From assembly GCA_005889085.1 (NCBI GenBank), contig VBDS01000012.1, positions 1 to 47,229 on the forward strand: 47,229 nt of DNA. The letters run 5' to 3'. Shown here in pieces: positions 8,677 to 16,871 of this stretch. Within the stretch, counting starts at the first letter, position 1; each line of letters opens with the position of its first letter. The notes under the pieces are model-generated. The model saw only the letters and a list, made by a program, of their open reading frames with translations. It was not told where the DNA came from and searched no databases. The position numbers were made by a program, and so were the translations under genes. The DNA is from Chloroflexota bacterium (GTDB lineage: Bacteria; Chloroflexota; Dormibacteria; Dormibacterales; Dormibacteraceae).

Positions 8677-9473
8677 GCGCCGACATACGCGAGCTCAGCG
8701 AGCTGGAAGACCTGCGGCAGCTGGCCGAGCTCTTCGCCGTGGTCTGGGGCCGCCCCGGCAAGCCGCCAATAAGCTCCGACATTCTCAAGGCGCTGGCGCA
8801 CTCGGGCAACTACCTCTCCGGTGCCTATGTCGGTGGGCGGCTCATCGGCGGGCTGGTGGGGTGGCTCGGTGGCGTCCCTCCGCACGCGCTGCACATGCAC
8901 TCGCACATCCTTGGCGTGGTGCCCGACAGCGAAGCGCGCGGCCTCGGGTTTGACCTGAAGCAGCACCAGCGTCGGTGGTGCCTGGCCCGCGATGTGAAGG
9001 TCATGGAGTGGACGACCGATCCGCTGATCCGGCGCAACGCCTACTTCAACCTGAGCAAGCTCGGCGCCGGCGCTCCTGAATACCTCGTGGATTTCTATGG
9101 ACAGATGGAAGACGGGATAAACGCCGGAGACGCGTCGGACCGGCTGCTGATCCGGTGGCAGCTCGACTCGAGGAAGGCTGAGGCGGCGGCCGCAGGCGAG
9201 CTCACGGAGCTGGACGTGGACAAGCTTCGCGGCTGGGGCCGCACGCCAATCCTCTCCGCGGGCCCGCATGGCGAGCCGGTGCTGGAATCCTCCTCGGCTC
9301 GCGTCCTTATATGTCAGGTGCCAGACGATATCGTCGCGCTGCGACATTCCGACCCGGGTCTTGCGCGCGAGTGGCGCATCGCGCTGCGGCTCGCGTTGGG
9401 CGGAGCGCTTGACCGCGGCTACGAGATCGCGGGAGCGACGCGCTCCGGCTGGTACGTGCTGGAGAACCAATAA
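8673..9473 (+). CDS. GNAT-superfamily acetyltransferase-like protein
   Basis: GTG 8673 lies inside the long 7812..9473 ORF. HILGVVPDSEARGLGFDLKQHQRRW matches an acetyl-CoA-binding Q/RxxGxG/A-like motif. The upstream part of the listed ORF overlaps the membrane gene out of frame. Confidence 0.7.
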   Translation: MSADIRELSELEDLRQLAELFAVVWGRPGKPPISSDILKALAHSGNYLSGAYVGGRLIGGLVGWLGGVPPHALHMHSHILGVVPDSEARGLGFDLKQHQRRWCLARDVKVMEWTTDPLIRRNAYFNLSKLGAGAPEYLVDFYGQMEDGINAGDASDRLLIRWQLDSRKAEAAAAGELTELDVDKLRGWGRTPILSAGPHGEPVLESSSARVLICQVPDDIVALRHSDPGLAREWRIALRLALGGALDRGYEIAGATRSGWYVLENQ

Positions 9474-9483
9474 ACTCATCTGC

Positions 9484-9966
9484 GTGCTGCAGGTGGGGGA
9501 CAAGGCGCCCGACTTCAAGCTGCCCACGACGGCGGGCCAGGAGCTGACGCTCGGGGAGGCGCTGCAGAAATACCGCGCGCTCATCTTCCTTTTCTATGTG
9601 CTCGACTTCACGGGTGGTTGAAGGACCGAGCTGACCGAGTTTCGGTCCAGGAATGACGATGCGGTCGCCCACGGAGTCGGCATCTACGGCATCAGCGTCG
9701 ACTCCGTCTTCTCGCACACGGCCTTTGCCAAAGAGCTCGGCGGCCTGCCTTTCGACCTGATCGGCGACTTCGAGCGCAAAATGGTGACCGACTACGGGGT
9801 GCGCCGAGACGACGTGGCGGGCTACTCGGGGATGGCTCGCCGCACGATCTTCATCGTCGACCGTGCCGAAACCATCCGGTGGACCTGGGTCGCTTCGCGC
9901 GAGCAGCCTCAGCCGGATTACGACGCGGTGGTCGAAGAGGCCAAGCGGGTCGCGAGCGGGGCATGA
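9484..9966 (+). CDS. AhpE-like 1-Cys peroxiredoxin with in-frame TGA at the peroxidatic-Cys position (candidate selenocysteine, codon 46)
   Basis: The pieces 9484..9618 and 9622..9966 are in the same frame and are separated only by TGA 9619-9621. The joined product reads MLQVGDKAPDFKLP...IFLFYVLDFTGG[U]RTELTEFR...GISVDSVFSH...RRTIFIVD. That is the Prx TxxC motif with U in place of C, plus the conserved Arg. Confidence 0.75.
9623..9650 (+). promoter_or_regulatory. Candidate bacterial SECIS hairpin downstream of UGA 9619
   Basis: Two alternative folds. Fold 1: GGACCGA (9623-9629) pairs with TCGGTCC (9642-9648) around a 12-nt loop. Fold 2: GACCGA (9633-9638) pairs with TCGGTC (9642-9647) around a GUU apical loop 20 nt after the U of UGA, extendable by C9631-G9650 and U9632-A9649 with C9648 bulged. 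Confidence 0.5.
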
Positions 9967-10472
9967 CGGCGCCCAACAGCGTGGTCGAACCTATCGAGCG
10001 ATCGTGGAAGGAGCTCGATACGCTCGTCGAGTCGCTCGGCCCTGTCGGTCTGACAATCAGCGGCGCGGACGGCTGGGCGGTCAAGGACCACCTGGTGCAC
10101 ATCGCCGCTTGGGAGCACTCGCTGCTCGCGCTGCTGGAGGGAGCCGATCGGCGCACGGCGATGGGCGTCGGCCGTGAGGCAGAGGACACCGACTCGATCA
10201 ACGCCGCGGTCTGGTCGCTGCACCGCTCGAAGACGCCAGAGCAGGCCCTTGCCTACTTTCGAGAGACGCATTCGCTCCTGATGAAGCTGCTCGCAACGAT
10301 GAGCGACCCCGACCTGCAGCTGTCCTACAACCACTTCCAGCCCAACGATCCGCGCGATCCCAAAGACGACCGGCCTGTCGCCGACTGGGTCGCCGGCAAC
10401 ACCTACGAGCATTACGCGGAGCACACCGATTGGATAAATCAGTTGGTGAGGGATTCGAGCGCAGCTCGTTGA
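9963..10472 (+). CDS. ClbS/DfsB-like (DinB-fold) four-helix-bundle protein
   Basis: ATG 9963 overlaps the peroxiredoxin stop (ATGA). WAVKDHLVHIAAWEHSLLALLEG and AGNTYEHYAEHTDWI resemble the DUF1706/DinB His pattern. Confidence 0.65.
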   Translation: MTAPNSVVEPIERSWKELDTLVESLGPVGLTISGADGWAVKDHLVHIAAWEHSLLALLEGADRRTAMGVGREAEDTDSINAAVWSLHRSKTPEQALAYFRETHSLLMKLLATMSDPDLQLSYNHFQPNDPRDPKDDRPVADWVAGNTYEHYAEHTDWINQLVRDSSAAR

Positions 10473-11371
10473 TCGGCGCGCAGCGCTAGCGCCACCTCGA
10501 TCGACGTCTCGGTAAAGCGCAGCTCATCGCCTGGCGCGAGCTGCGCGGCGATTGGCATCGAGGCGCTTGCCACCGTGGCCACGATCGGGTAGCCGCCGGC
10601 GGTCTGATGGTCCGCCATGAGCAGGATCGGCTGTCCGCCCGAGGGCAGCTGCACGACGCCTGCGACCAGGCCGAATGACAGCAGCTCGTCGCCGGGCGCA
10701 TCGAGCCGCGCGCCTTCAAGCCGGTAGCCCATCCGGTTGGAGTCGTGGCTTACCGCGTAGGTCGCCTCGAACAGGGCTTGCCGCGACTCTGGCTGCAGGC
10801 GCGTGAAGTGCGGCCCCGCGATCGCGTGCAGAGTCCGCTCCTCATATCGCGGCCGAAGGTGCTCGCTCATCGTGCGGCCCGCGATCAGTGGGACTGTCGA
10901 GTCGTGGACCGAGATGACATCGCCCGAGATCAGAGCGCGGCCGTCCATGCCGCCCCGCCCGCACATCAGGTTGGTCGACATCGACCCAAGCCACCGGTCT
11001 CCGGCGACACCCCCACCGACGGCCACATAGGCACGCGCCCCGGTGCGTCTGCGGCCGAATGTCAGCTCATCGCCGGCGGCGAGCAAGACTCCGGTCCACC
11101 CAGGGACGGATGCGCCGTTCACGTGCGGATCCAAATCCGCGCCCGTGATCGCGATCAAGCAGTCGCGCTCTGCCACCAGATAGGGTCCGCTCAAAGTGCA
11201 TTCGAGGGTGGCCGCGCCGCGTTCGTTGCCCACGAGCATGTTGGCCGCGGAGTGGGCGAAACGGTCCATCGCGCCGCCGGGCGGCACACCGGCGGCGATG
11301 GCCTGCGGCCGCCCGATGTCCTGAATGGTCGTGAAAAGGCCAGGTTGCACGACGCGCAGCGCCTCGGTCAT
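10439..11371 (-). CDS. pxpC: 5-oxoprolinase subunit C (allophanate hydrolase subunit 2 family)
   Basis: MTEALRVVQPGLFTTIQDIGR...GAMD...SNRMGYRLEG...GGQPILLMADHQTAGGYP. ATGA overlap with pxpB. Confidence 0.9.
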   Translation of the reverse strand: MTEALRVVQPGLFTTIQDIGRPQAIAAGVPPGGAMDRFAHSAANMLVGNERGAATLECTLSGPYLVAERDCLIAITGADLDPHVNGASVPGWTGVLLAAGDELTFGRRRTGARAYVAVGGGVAGDRWLGSMSTNLMCGRGGMDGRALISGDVISVHDSTVPLIAGRTMSEHLRPRYEERTLHAIAGPHFTRLQPESRQALFEATYAVSHDSNRMGYRLEGARLDAPGDELLSFGLVAGVVQLPSGGQPILLMADHQTAGGYPIVATVASASMPIAAQLAPGDELRFTETSIEVALALRADQRAALESLTN

Positions 11372-12036
11372 TCGGGGACGGGGAAGAATTTCACCCGATC
11401 TCCGGCGCGAAAAAGCGAGGGCGGGTCCGAGTCCGGCAGGAAGAGCCTGACCGACGTCCGGCCGATCAGGTGCCATCCGCCCGGGCTGACCAAAGGGTAG
11501 ACCCCGGTCTGGTGGCCCGCGATCGCCACCGACCCGGCGGGCACCTGCGTGCGCGGCACCGAGCGGCGCGGCAGCACTAGCTCCTCCGGCAGCGGTCCGA
11601 GATACGCCCAACCCGGAACGAAGCCGATCAGGAATGCGCGGTAGATCGGCCGGCCGTGGTGCTCGATCACCTGCTCAGGCGAAAGGCCCAGCTTCGCGGC
11701 GACGGCCACGAGGTCCGGGCCGTCGTAGACGACCGGGATGCGGTGGAGACGGCCAGGTTCCTCCATGGGCGGGCGCTTGGCGGCCAGGCGCCTGATCGCC
11801 GCCGCAAGCGCCCCGTGCGTGACCTGGTCAGGGTCGAACTGCACGGTGACGCTCGCATGACCGGCAACGGCCTGGCGCACGTCGCGGCGTTTCTTCAGCG
11901 CCGCGGCGAGTGCTATCGCGCGTGTGTTGAGCGCGGTGTCGAGCCGAGTGCCAAGCTCGGCGAGGACGGCCGCGTCACCGAGCGGATGGACGCGGATCTT
12001 CACGGGGGAGCGCTGCGGCGGCATGTGCGCTGACAA
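11368..12036 (-). CDS. pxpB: 5-oxoprolinase subunit B (KipI / allophanate hydrolase subunit 1 family)
   Basis: IRVHPLGDAAVLAELG...IPVVYDGPDL...YRAFLIGFVPGWAYLG...AGSVAIAGHQTGVYP. Start candidates are TTG 12036, ATG 12024 and GTG 12003. Confidence 0.9.
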   Translation of the reverse strand: MSAHMPPQRSPVKIRVHPLGDAAVLAELGTRLDTALNTRAIALAAALKKRRDVRQAVAGHASVTVQFDPDQVTHGALAAAIRRLAAKRPPMEEPGRLHRIPVVYDGPDLVAVAAKLGLSPEQVIEHHGRPIYRAFLIGFVPGWAYLGPLPEELVLPRRSVPRTQVPAGSVAIAGHQTGVYPLVSPGGWHLIGRTSVRLFLPDSDPPSLFRAGDRVKFFPVPE

Positions 12037-12598
12037 GGATGGCGTAGAACACGCCAGGCACGACCCCGACGCACAGCACGCCGGCGCACGCGAGCCCGAT
12101 TGCCCAACCGGTGACGATCGCGGCCGCCGCCACGTTCCACGTCATGAAATCGCGTCGCACTCCGCTCAGCGCGGCGGCGAAGTTGAACAGGTCGCGCGGC
12201 CTACCGCTTGCTGCGAACCCCGCCGTGGTGTGCGGCATGAGAAGGAGAGAGACGAGCCCCCACGGAAGGGCCAGCGCGAAAAACGCGATGATGTGCGCGT
12301 TCGGCTCACCCAGCGCTCGGAGCGTGGAGGCGAGAGGGTTCAAGACCAGCGCGAAGGGCAGCGCGATCAAAAGAACGGCGAGCGACGTCCACAATCCGTC
12401 CGTCAGCAACCGGACCGACAATCGCCACGCAGGAGGTCCTTGCGCTCCGGCCTCCGCAGCTCGCGTCGCCTCGATCGCGTAGCCCAGCAGGGGAATGAAG
12501 AGCAGCGGCACGAGGAGGACCGTCAGCAGACCCAGCGCCCACGCCGAGCGCCCTGACCCGCGAAACGGCCAGGCGAAGGATTCGGCGACGAGCCTCAC
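11975..12598 (-). CDS. DUF4013-like membrane protein
   Basis: FAWPFRGSGRSAW...LLFIPLLGYAIEATRA, followed by four or more hydrophobic helices. The 3' end overlaps the pxpB start region. Confidence 0.65.
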   Translation of the reverse strand: MRLVAESFAWPFRGSGRSAWALGLLTVLLVPLLFIPLLGYAIEATRAAEAGAQGPPAWRLSVRLLTDGLWTSLAVLLIALPFALVLNPLASTLRALGEPNAHIIAFFALALPWGLVSLLLMPHTTAGFAASGRPRDLFNFAAALSGVRRDFMTWNVAAAAIVTGWAIGLACAGVLCVGVVPGVFYAILVSAHAAAALPREDPRPSAR

Positions 12599-12607
12599 GC
12601 GGCAACG

Positions 12608-13276
12608 CTACTGCGCCTGGGCTTCGAGGTCCTCGTCGAGCACGTTGTCCTGCAGCATGTACGCGCACCCATAGGGGTCGCGGAAGCCGAGCGCCTTGAC
12701 GCTGATGTTCACCTCGGTGTGCAGGAAAAGGCCCTCGATCAGGCCGGCGTGGAAACGGCAGATGACGGGGGCGCGCCGGCACACCTCGGCGAACAGGCAG
12801 TTGGTGCACTGGACGATTCCGCCGCGCTGGATCTCGTACTCGGCGCCCATCTCGAGCATCGGCTCGAGGGCGGTCGTCGGTGACTTGGCCCCGGGCGCCG
12901 CGATCGCCTCGCCGAAGCTGCGGCCCGCGCGCCTGACGGCGTGGCTGCCCACGTCGCCCAGCTGGTCAAACGCCCGCGCCAGCGACTCGGCCACGATGTC
13001 GTAGCGGCGCATCGGATGGCTGATCTGGACGGGCCCGCCGGTGAGCTTGTAGATCTTGGCCGGTTTGCCCGGCAGGCCGCGCCGATGCGCCACCTCCAGG
13101 TAGCCGAGCGCAAGCAGACGTTCCAGGTGCTCGAAGGCAACAGACCGATGAACCCCAGCCTCACGCGCTACGTCCTCGACGCTCCGTGGCTTGCGATCGG
13201 CATAGAACCGGAGAAGGATGTCGCGCCGCGTGAAGTCGCGGAGCGCCCCCAGGGCGCGTTCCATGTCCCCAGTCAT
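12608..13276 (-). CDS. Winged-HTH transcriptional regulator (ArsR/COG2345-like) with a Cys-rich C-terminal domain
   Basis: wHTH region: SVEDVAREAGVHRSVAFEHLERLLALGYLEV. C-terminal region: CTNCLFAEVCRRAPVICRFHAG. Possible starts are ATG 13288, 13276 or 13264. Confidence 0.7.
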   Translation of the reverse strand: MTGDMERALGALRDFTRRDILLRFYADRKPRSVEDVAREAGVHRSVAFEHLERLLALGYLEVAHRRGLPGKPAKIYKLTGGPVQISHPMRRYDIVAESLARAFDQLGDVGSHAVRRAGRSFGEAIAAPGAKSPTTALEPMLEMGAEYEIQRGGIVQCTNCLFAEVCRRAPVICRFHAGLIEGLFLHTEVNISVKALGFRDPYGCAYMLQDNVLDEDLEAQAQ

Positions 13277-13407
13277 AGCCCGCAGCATAGAACGCGTATG
13301 AAAGGCATGTCGGCTGCAGATACAGGGATTGGATTGCCGAAACGTTTGATAATGAAGTACCACGGCCGGGCCATGGCTACGGCTCGACCGCCGGGGGGTG
13401 AATTGAG

Positions 13408-14448
13408 ATGACAGCGACTGGGTGGACGTTGCCAAGGATTGGAGGCTGCATTGGGGCGGCGTTCTTGGCGCTGCCCGGGCCGCTGCCTGTGCCGACGCCG
13501 AGCCTTCTCCCTTCGGTGCAGATTCCTTCCCCGTCCGTCCCGGTGGTTATCGCGACGCCGTCGGTCCCCGCCCTCGGCGCTACGCCAGCGAACCAGGCGC
13601 CCACGACCGCAGCCAATCCCGTGCAGCAGTCGAACGCCGGGGCACCGGTGCAAGCGACCAGGCCAGCCGCGACAAGCGCGCCGTCTGGCGGAAGCCCCCC
13701 TGGAGGCATCCCGATCCCGTTCACCGCGATCTACGTCTCCTCGCCGCTCGACATCGCGCTGCTCGCGGCACTCGCGACCCTACCCCTGCTCTTCGGGATC
13801 TGGCTGCTGCTCTTCGGCCGGACACTCCGCGAGGCGCGACGGGCGCGCGACGCGCAGGTCAGGCTGATGTTGGCGGCAGAACTCGGTTTGAGGCCGCGGG
13901 ACCTCGAGTCGATGACCACGCGCGCCCTGTTCGACCTGCGCGAGAAGTCGGCCTTCGACGAGCTCACAGGCGTGCTGCGGCGGGCTGCCGGAATCTCGGC
14001 CGCGGAGCGAGAGATCGCCAGGTCGCGGCGTCACGACACTCCGCTGAGCGTTGCCTTCGTCGACATCGACGGTTTGAAGGAGGCCAACGACGGCCACGGG
14101 CACGCCGCGGGGGACGAGATGCTTCGCGGTCTGACCCAGGCGCTCAAGGATTGCCTGCGGGCGGAAGACATCGTCTTTCGTTACGGCGGCGACGAGTTCG
14201 TCTGCGTTCTGCCCGACACCCCGGCGAGGGGTGCCCGCTTGAAGCTGAGCGAGATCCAGACCCAAGCCGCCACAGCCGGCGTTCGGTTCTGTGCGGGCGT
14301 CGCCGAGCTCAGGCGGTCGGACGATGTGGTCTCGCTTTTCGCCCGCGCCGACAAGGACCTCTACGACTTCAAGACGCAGCGCGGGGAGATCGTGCAGCTC
14401 CCAACTCCGGGCAATAAAGCGGGTGGCGAGCGCACCGTGACTGCCTGA
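13408..14448 (+). CDS. Membrane-anchored diguanylate cyclase (GGDEF domain)
   Basis: Shine-Dalgarno sequence GGGGGGTGA precedes the ATG. The N-terminus has a signal/TM segment and a Pro/Ala-rich region. GGDEF domain: DELTGVLRR...VAFVDIDGLKEANDGHGHAAGD...RYGGDEFVCVL. Confidence 0.9.
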   Translation: MTATGWTLPRIGGCIGAAFLALPGPLPVPTPSLLPSVQIPSPSVPVVIATPSVPALGATPANQAPTTAANPVQQSNAGAPVQATRPAATSAPSGGSPPGGIPIPFTAIYVSSPLDIALLAALATLPLLFGIWLLLFGRTLREARRARDAQVRLMLAAELGLRPRDLESMTTRALFDLREKSAFDELTGVLRRAAGISAAEREIARSRRHDTPLSVAFVDIDGLKEANDGHGHAAGDEMLRGLTQALKDCLRAEDIVFRYGGDEFVCVLPDTPARGARLKLSEIQTQAATAGVRFCAGVAELRRSDDVVSLFARADKDLYDFKTQRGEIVQLPTPGNKAGGERTVTA

Positions 14449-14455
14449 CGACATA

Positions 14456-14497
14456 TTGACAACCGGCCTTTACTCGTGTTTATTGGGTTTTAACCCA
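14456..14497 (+). promoter_or_regulatory. Candidate sigma70-type promoter plus palindrome upstream of the Liv-type operon
   Basis: TTGACA (14456-14461), a 17-nt spacer, then TTTATT (14479-14484). This is followed directly by the palindrome TGGGTT-tt-AACCCA (14484-14497). The interval is AT-richer than its surroundings. Confidence 0.3.
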
Positions 14498-14591
14498 CTA
14501 AATGCGGGCCCAATTCGGGTAGTGGGCGGTACTCGGACGTATCTCTCAGAGGAAGGGGGTCCTGACTTCAGTCCTCAAAGGAGGAGCTGCC

Positions 14592-15956
14592 TTGATCTCG
14601 CGGGGCTTCCGAGAGCGAATTGCGGTTTCACTGCTCGGCGCCGCCCTCGTCATGGGCGCCGTGCTCGGTGTCATGACGGTCAGGTCTTTCACCCAGCCCG
14701 CATCGAGCGCGGTGGCGGTGGAGCAGGGCCAGGTCTCGGGTGCCCAGGCGGGCGCCAGCGCTGCGGCCATGCCTGGAGCTCCGGGAACCGGTGGATCCTC
14801 GACCGGCGGCTCCGGGGGCGTCAGCGGCGGCAACATCACGATCGGTGGGTTCTTCGACATCACTGGCCCGGTCGACTCTTCGGTCGAGCGCGACACGGTG
14901 CGCGCCTACATGCAGGCGGTCAACCAGTCCGGCGGCATCAATGGCCGCCAGGTCCAGTACGTGTGGTGCGACTCCAAGTACGACGCGAGCTCCGCCCACT
15001 CGTGCGCTCAGTACCTGATCTCGCAGAACGTGCTCGCGGTGGTTGGCCTGACGGCCCCACTGGGCGAGAACAACGAGATTGCGACCCTCACTCACAGCGG
15101 GATCCCGGTCATAGGCGGGCTCGGTACGCCGGCTGAGTTCCAGGACCCGCTCGCCTACCCCGTTTCGGCGAGCTTCTACAGGTACGGCACCGCGATCGCC
15201 GACGAGGCCAGGTCACTCGGGGTGAAGCATCCGGCAGTGGTCGTGCTCGGCGACGTGCCGTGGGTGCACCCGGTCGAGGCCAACCTGCTCAACCGCCTGG
15301 CGGCCGACGGCATCGGCTACACCGACGTGGAGGAGGTCTCCGCCACGCAGGCCAGCTACACGGCGACAGTGTTCAACCTCCAGCACTCCCACCACGGTCC
15401 GAGCGGTGGCGGCGCGGGTCCGAACTATCAGTGCGCCGCGTCCGATCGCTCATGCCCCGATTACGTGATCGCGGCGCTCGACCCGTTCAGCTACCACCGC
15501 CTGTTCGACGCGATGGAGGCAGCCAACTGGTACCCGGGCGTCCTCGGCGCCGGCCTCGACAAGTTCAACGTCCAGAAGTCGTACGACGGCGAGCTGCGCA
15601 ATGCTCACTCGCTCGTCCCGTTCATGTCGCCTTACGACCACCAGGGCAACGCGACCGTGCGCCAGTACCTGGGCACGGTGCAGCACTTCTATCCGGGTCA
15701 GTTCCAGGCGCTCGACATCTACACGCAGCACGCCTGGACAGCGGCCATGCTGTTCGTCGAGGCCGCGCGCAAAGCAGGCAAGAACCTGACGCGCGACTCG
15801 CTCGTGCAGGCCCTCAACTCGATACAGGGATTCCAGACAGGATGGTCGGTTCCCCTCTCCTACGGCTCGGGTCCGCATGACCCCAATCACTGTTTCACGT
15901 ACACCGCGAGCAATGGGAACGGCTGGCGCACGACCTCCGGCTGGATCTGCAATTGA
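14592..15956 (+). CDS. Branched-chain amino acid-type (LivK/PBP1) ABC substrate-binding protein
   Basis: AGGAGG lies 7 nt upstream of TTG 14592. N-terminal TM/signal segment, a Gly/Ser linker, then a periplasmic-binding type I fold (ITIGGFFDITGP...). Confidence 0.85.
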   Translation: MISRGFRERIAVSLLGAALVMGAVLGVMTVRSFTQPASSAVAVEQGQVSGAQAGASAAAMPGAPGTGGSSTGGSGGVSGGNITIGGFFDITGPVDSSVERDTVRAYMQAVNQSGGINGRQVQYVWCDSKYDASSAHSCAQYLISQNVLAVVGLTAPLGENNEIATLTHSGIPVIGGLGTPAEFQDPLAYPVSASFYRYGTAIADEARSLGVKHPAVVVLGDVPWVHPVEANLLNRLAADGIGYTDVEEVSATQASYTATVFNLQHSHHGPSGGGAGPNYQCAASDRSCPDYVIAALDPFSYHRLFDAMEAANWYPGVLGAGLDKFNVQKSYDGELRNAHSLVPFMSPYDHQGNATVRQYLGTVQHFYPGQFQALDIYTQHAWTAAMLFVEAARKAGKNLTRDSLVQALNSIQGFQTGWSVPLSYGSGPHDPNHCFTYTASNGNGWRTTSGWICN

Positions 15957-15968
15957 AGACTTAGCGCA

Positions 15969-16871
15969 ATGGCTGCATTCGCTGCGTACACGATCATCGG
16001 CCTGAGCCTCGGTGGCATCTTCTCTCTCGCCGCGCTCGGCATCGTGCTCATCTACCGCACCACCGGTGTCCTCAATTTCGCGCACGGCGCCATGGGCATG
16101 TTCTCGACCTTCATCGCGTGGCAGGTGTTCTACGGCTGGTCGCATCCGTTCTGGCCCGGCTGGCTCTCCACGTTCCTCGCGGTCCTCGCTGGCCTGATCT
16201 TTGCTGCCGGGATGGGCCTGTTCCTGGAGTTCGCCGTGTTTCGCTGGGTGCGCAGCCGCGAGCCCGTGGTCAAGGCAGTGATCACGATCGGTGTCCTGCT
16301 CGCGCTGCAATCCGCGGCGTCGCTGATCTGGAAGAACAACCAGTACCACCTCCCGATCTACCTCGCGCCGCAGCAGTGGGTATGGGTGGTGCCTGTCGCT
16401 GACGTTCCGATCGGCGCCAACTCGATCGCGATCATCGTCGTCGCGCTCGCACTCGCGTTCGGCCTTGGCGCATTCCTGCGCTACACGAGCTTCGGCCGCG
16501 CCATGCGGGCGGTGTCAGACAGTCCGACCTCGGCATCGCTGTGGGGCGTGCCGGTCGGCAAGGTCGGCGCCGTGAGCTGGATGCTCGGCAGCCTGGTCGC
16601 GGCGCTCGCCGCAATCCTGATCACGCCCTTCATCAACTTCGACACGACGAGCCTGACGCTGCTGATCATCGACGCCCTTGCGGCGGCGCTCATAGGTGGT
16701 CTCGTCTCGCTGCCTCTGACCGTGCTCGGAGGCTTCATCCTCGGCCTGCTCGAGACGTACCCGACGATCTGGATCCAGTCGATCGGCTTTCCGCGCCTGG
16801 TCGCGCTGGTCGTGATCCTGGCAGTCCTGATCGTGCGCAACCCGCGCGGGTTCTCGGTGGCCGCGAAATGA
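15969..16871 (+). CDS. livH: Branched-chain amino acid ABC permease (LivH family)
   Basis: 300-aa polytopic protein: IYRTTGVLNFAHGAMGMF...GRAMRAVSD. Confidence 0.9.
   Translation: MAAFAAYTIIGLSLGGIFSLAALGIVLIYRTTGVLNFAHGAMGMFSTFIAWQVFYGWSHPFWPGWLSTFLAVLAGLIFAAGMGLFLEFAVFRWVRSREPVVKAVITIGVLLALQSAASLIWKNNQYHLPIYLAPQQWVWVVPVADVPIGANSIAIIVVALALAFGLGAFLRYTSFGRAMRAVSDSPTSASLWGVPVGKVGAVSWMLGSLVAALAAILITPFINFDTTSLTLLIIDALAAALIGGLVSLPLTVLGGFILGLLETYPTIWIQSIGFPRLVALVVILAVLIVRNPRGFSVAAK

Noticed and set aside
9619-9621. The in-frame TGA in the peroxiredoxin, read as an alternative genetic code (UGA = Trp or Gly) or as a simple pseudogene.
   Set aside because: TGA clearly terminates many genes here (ATGA, GTGA and TTGA junctions), so the code is standard. 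A random nonsense mutation landing exactly on the catalytic Cys codon, with an intact downstream frame and an adjacent hairpin, is less likely than Sec recoding. A sequencing error cannot be excluded without reads.
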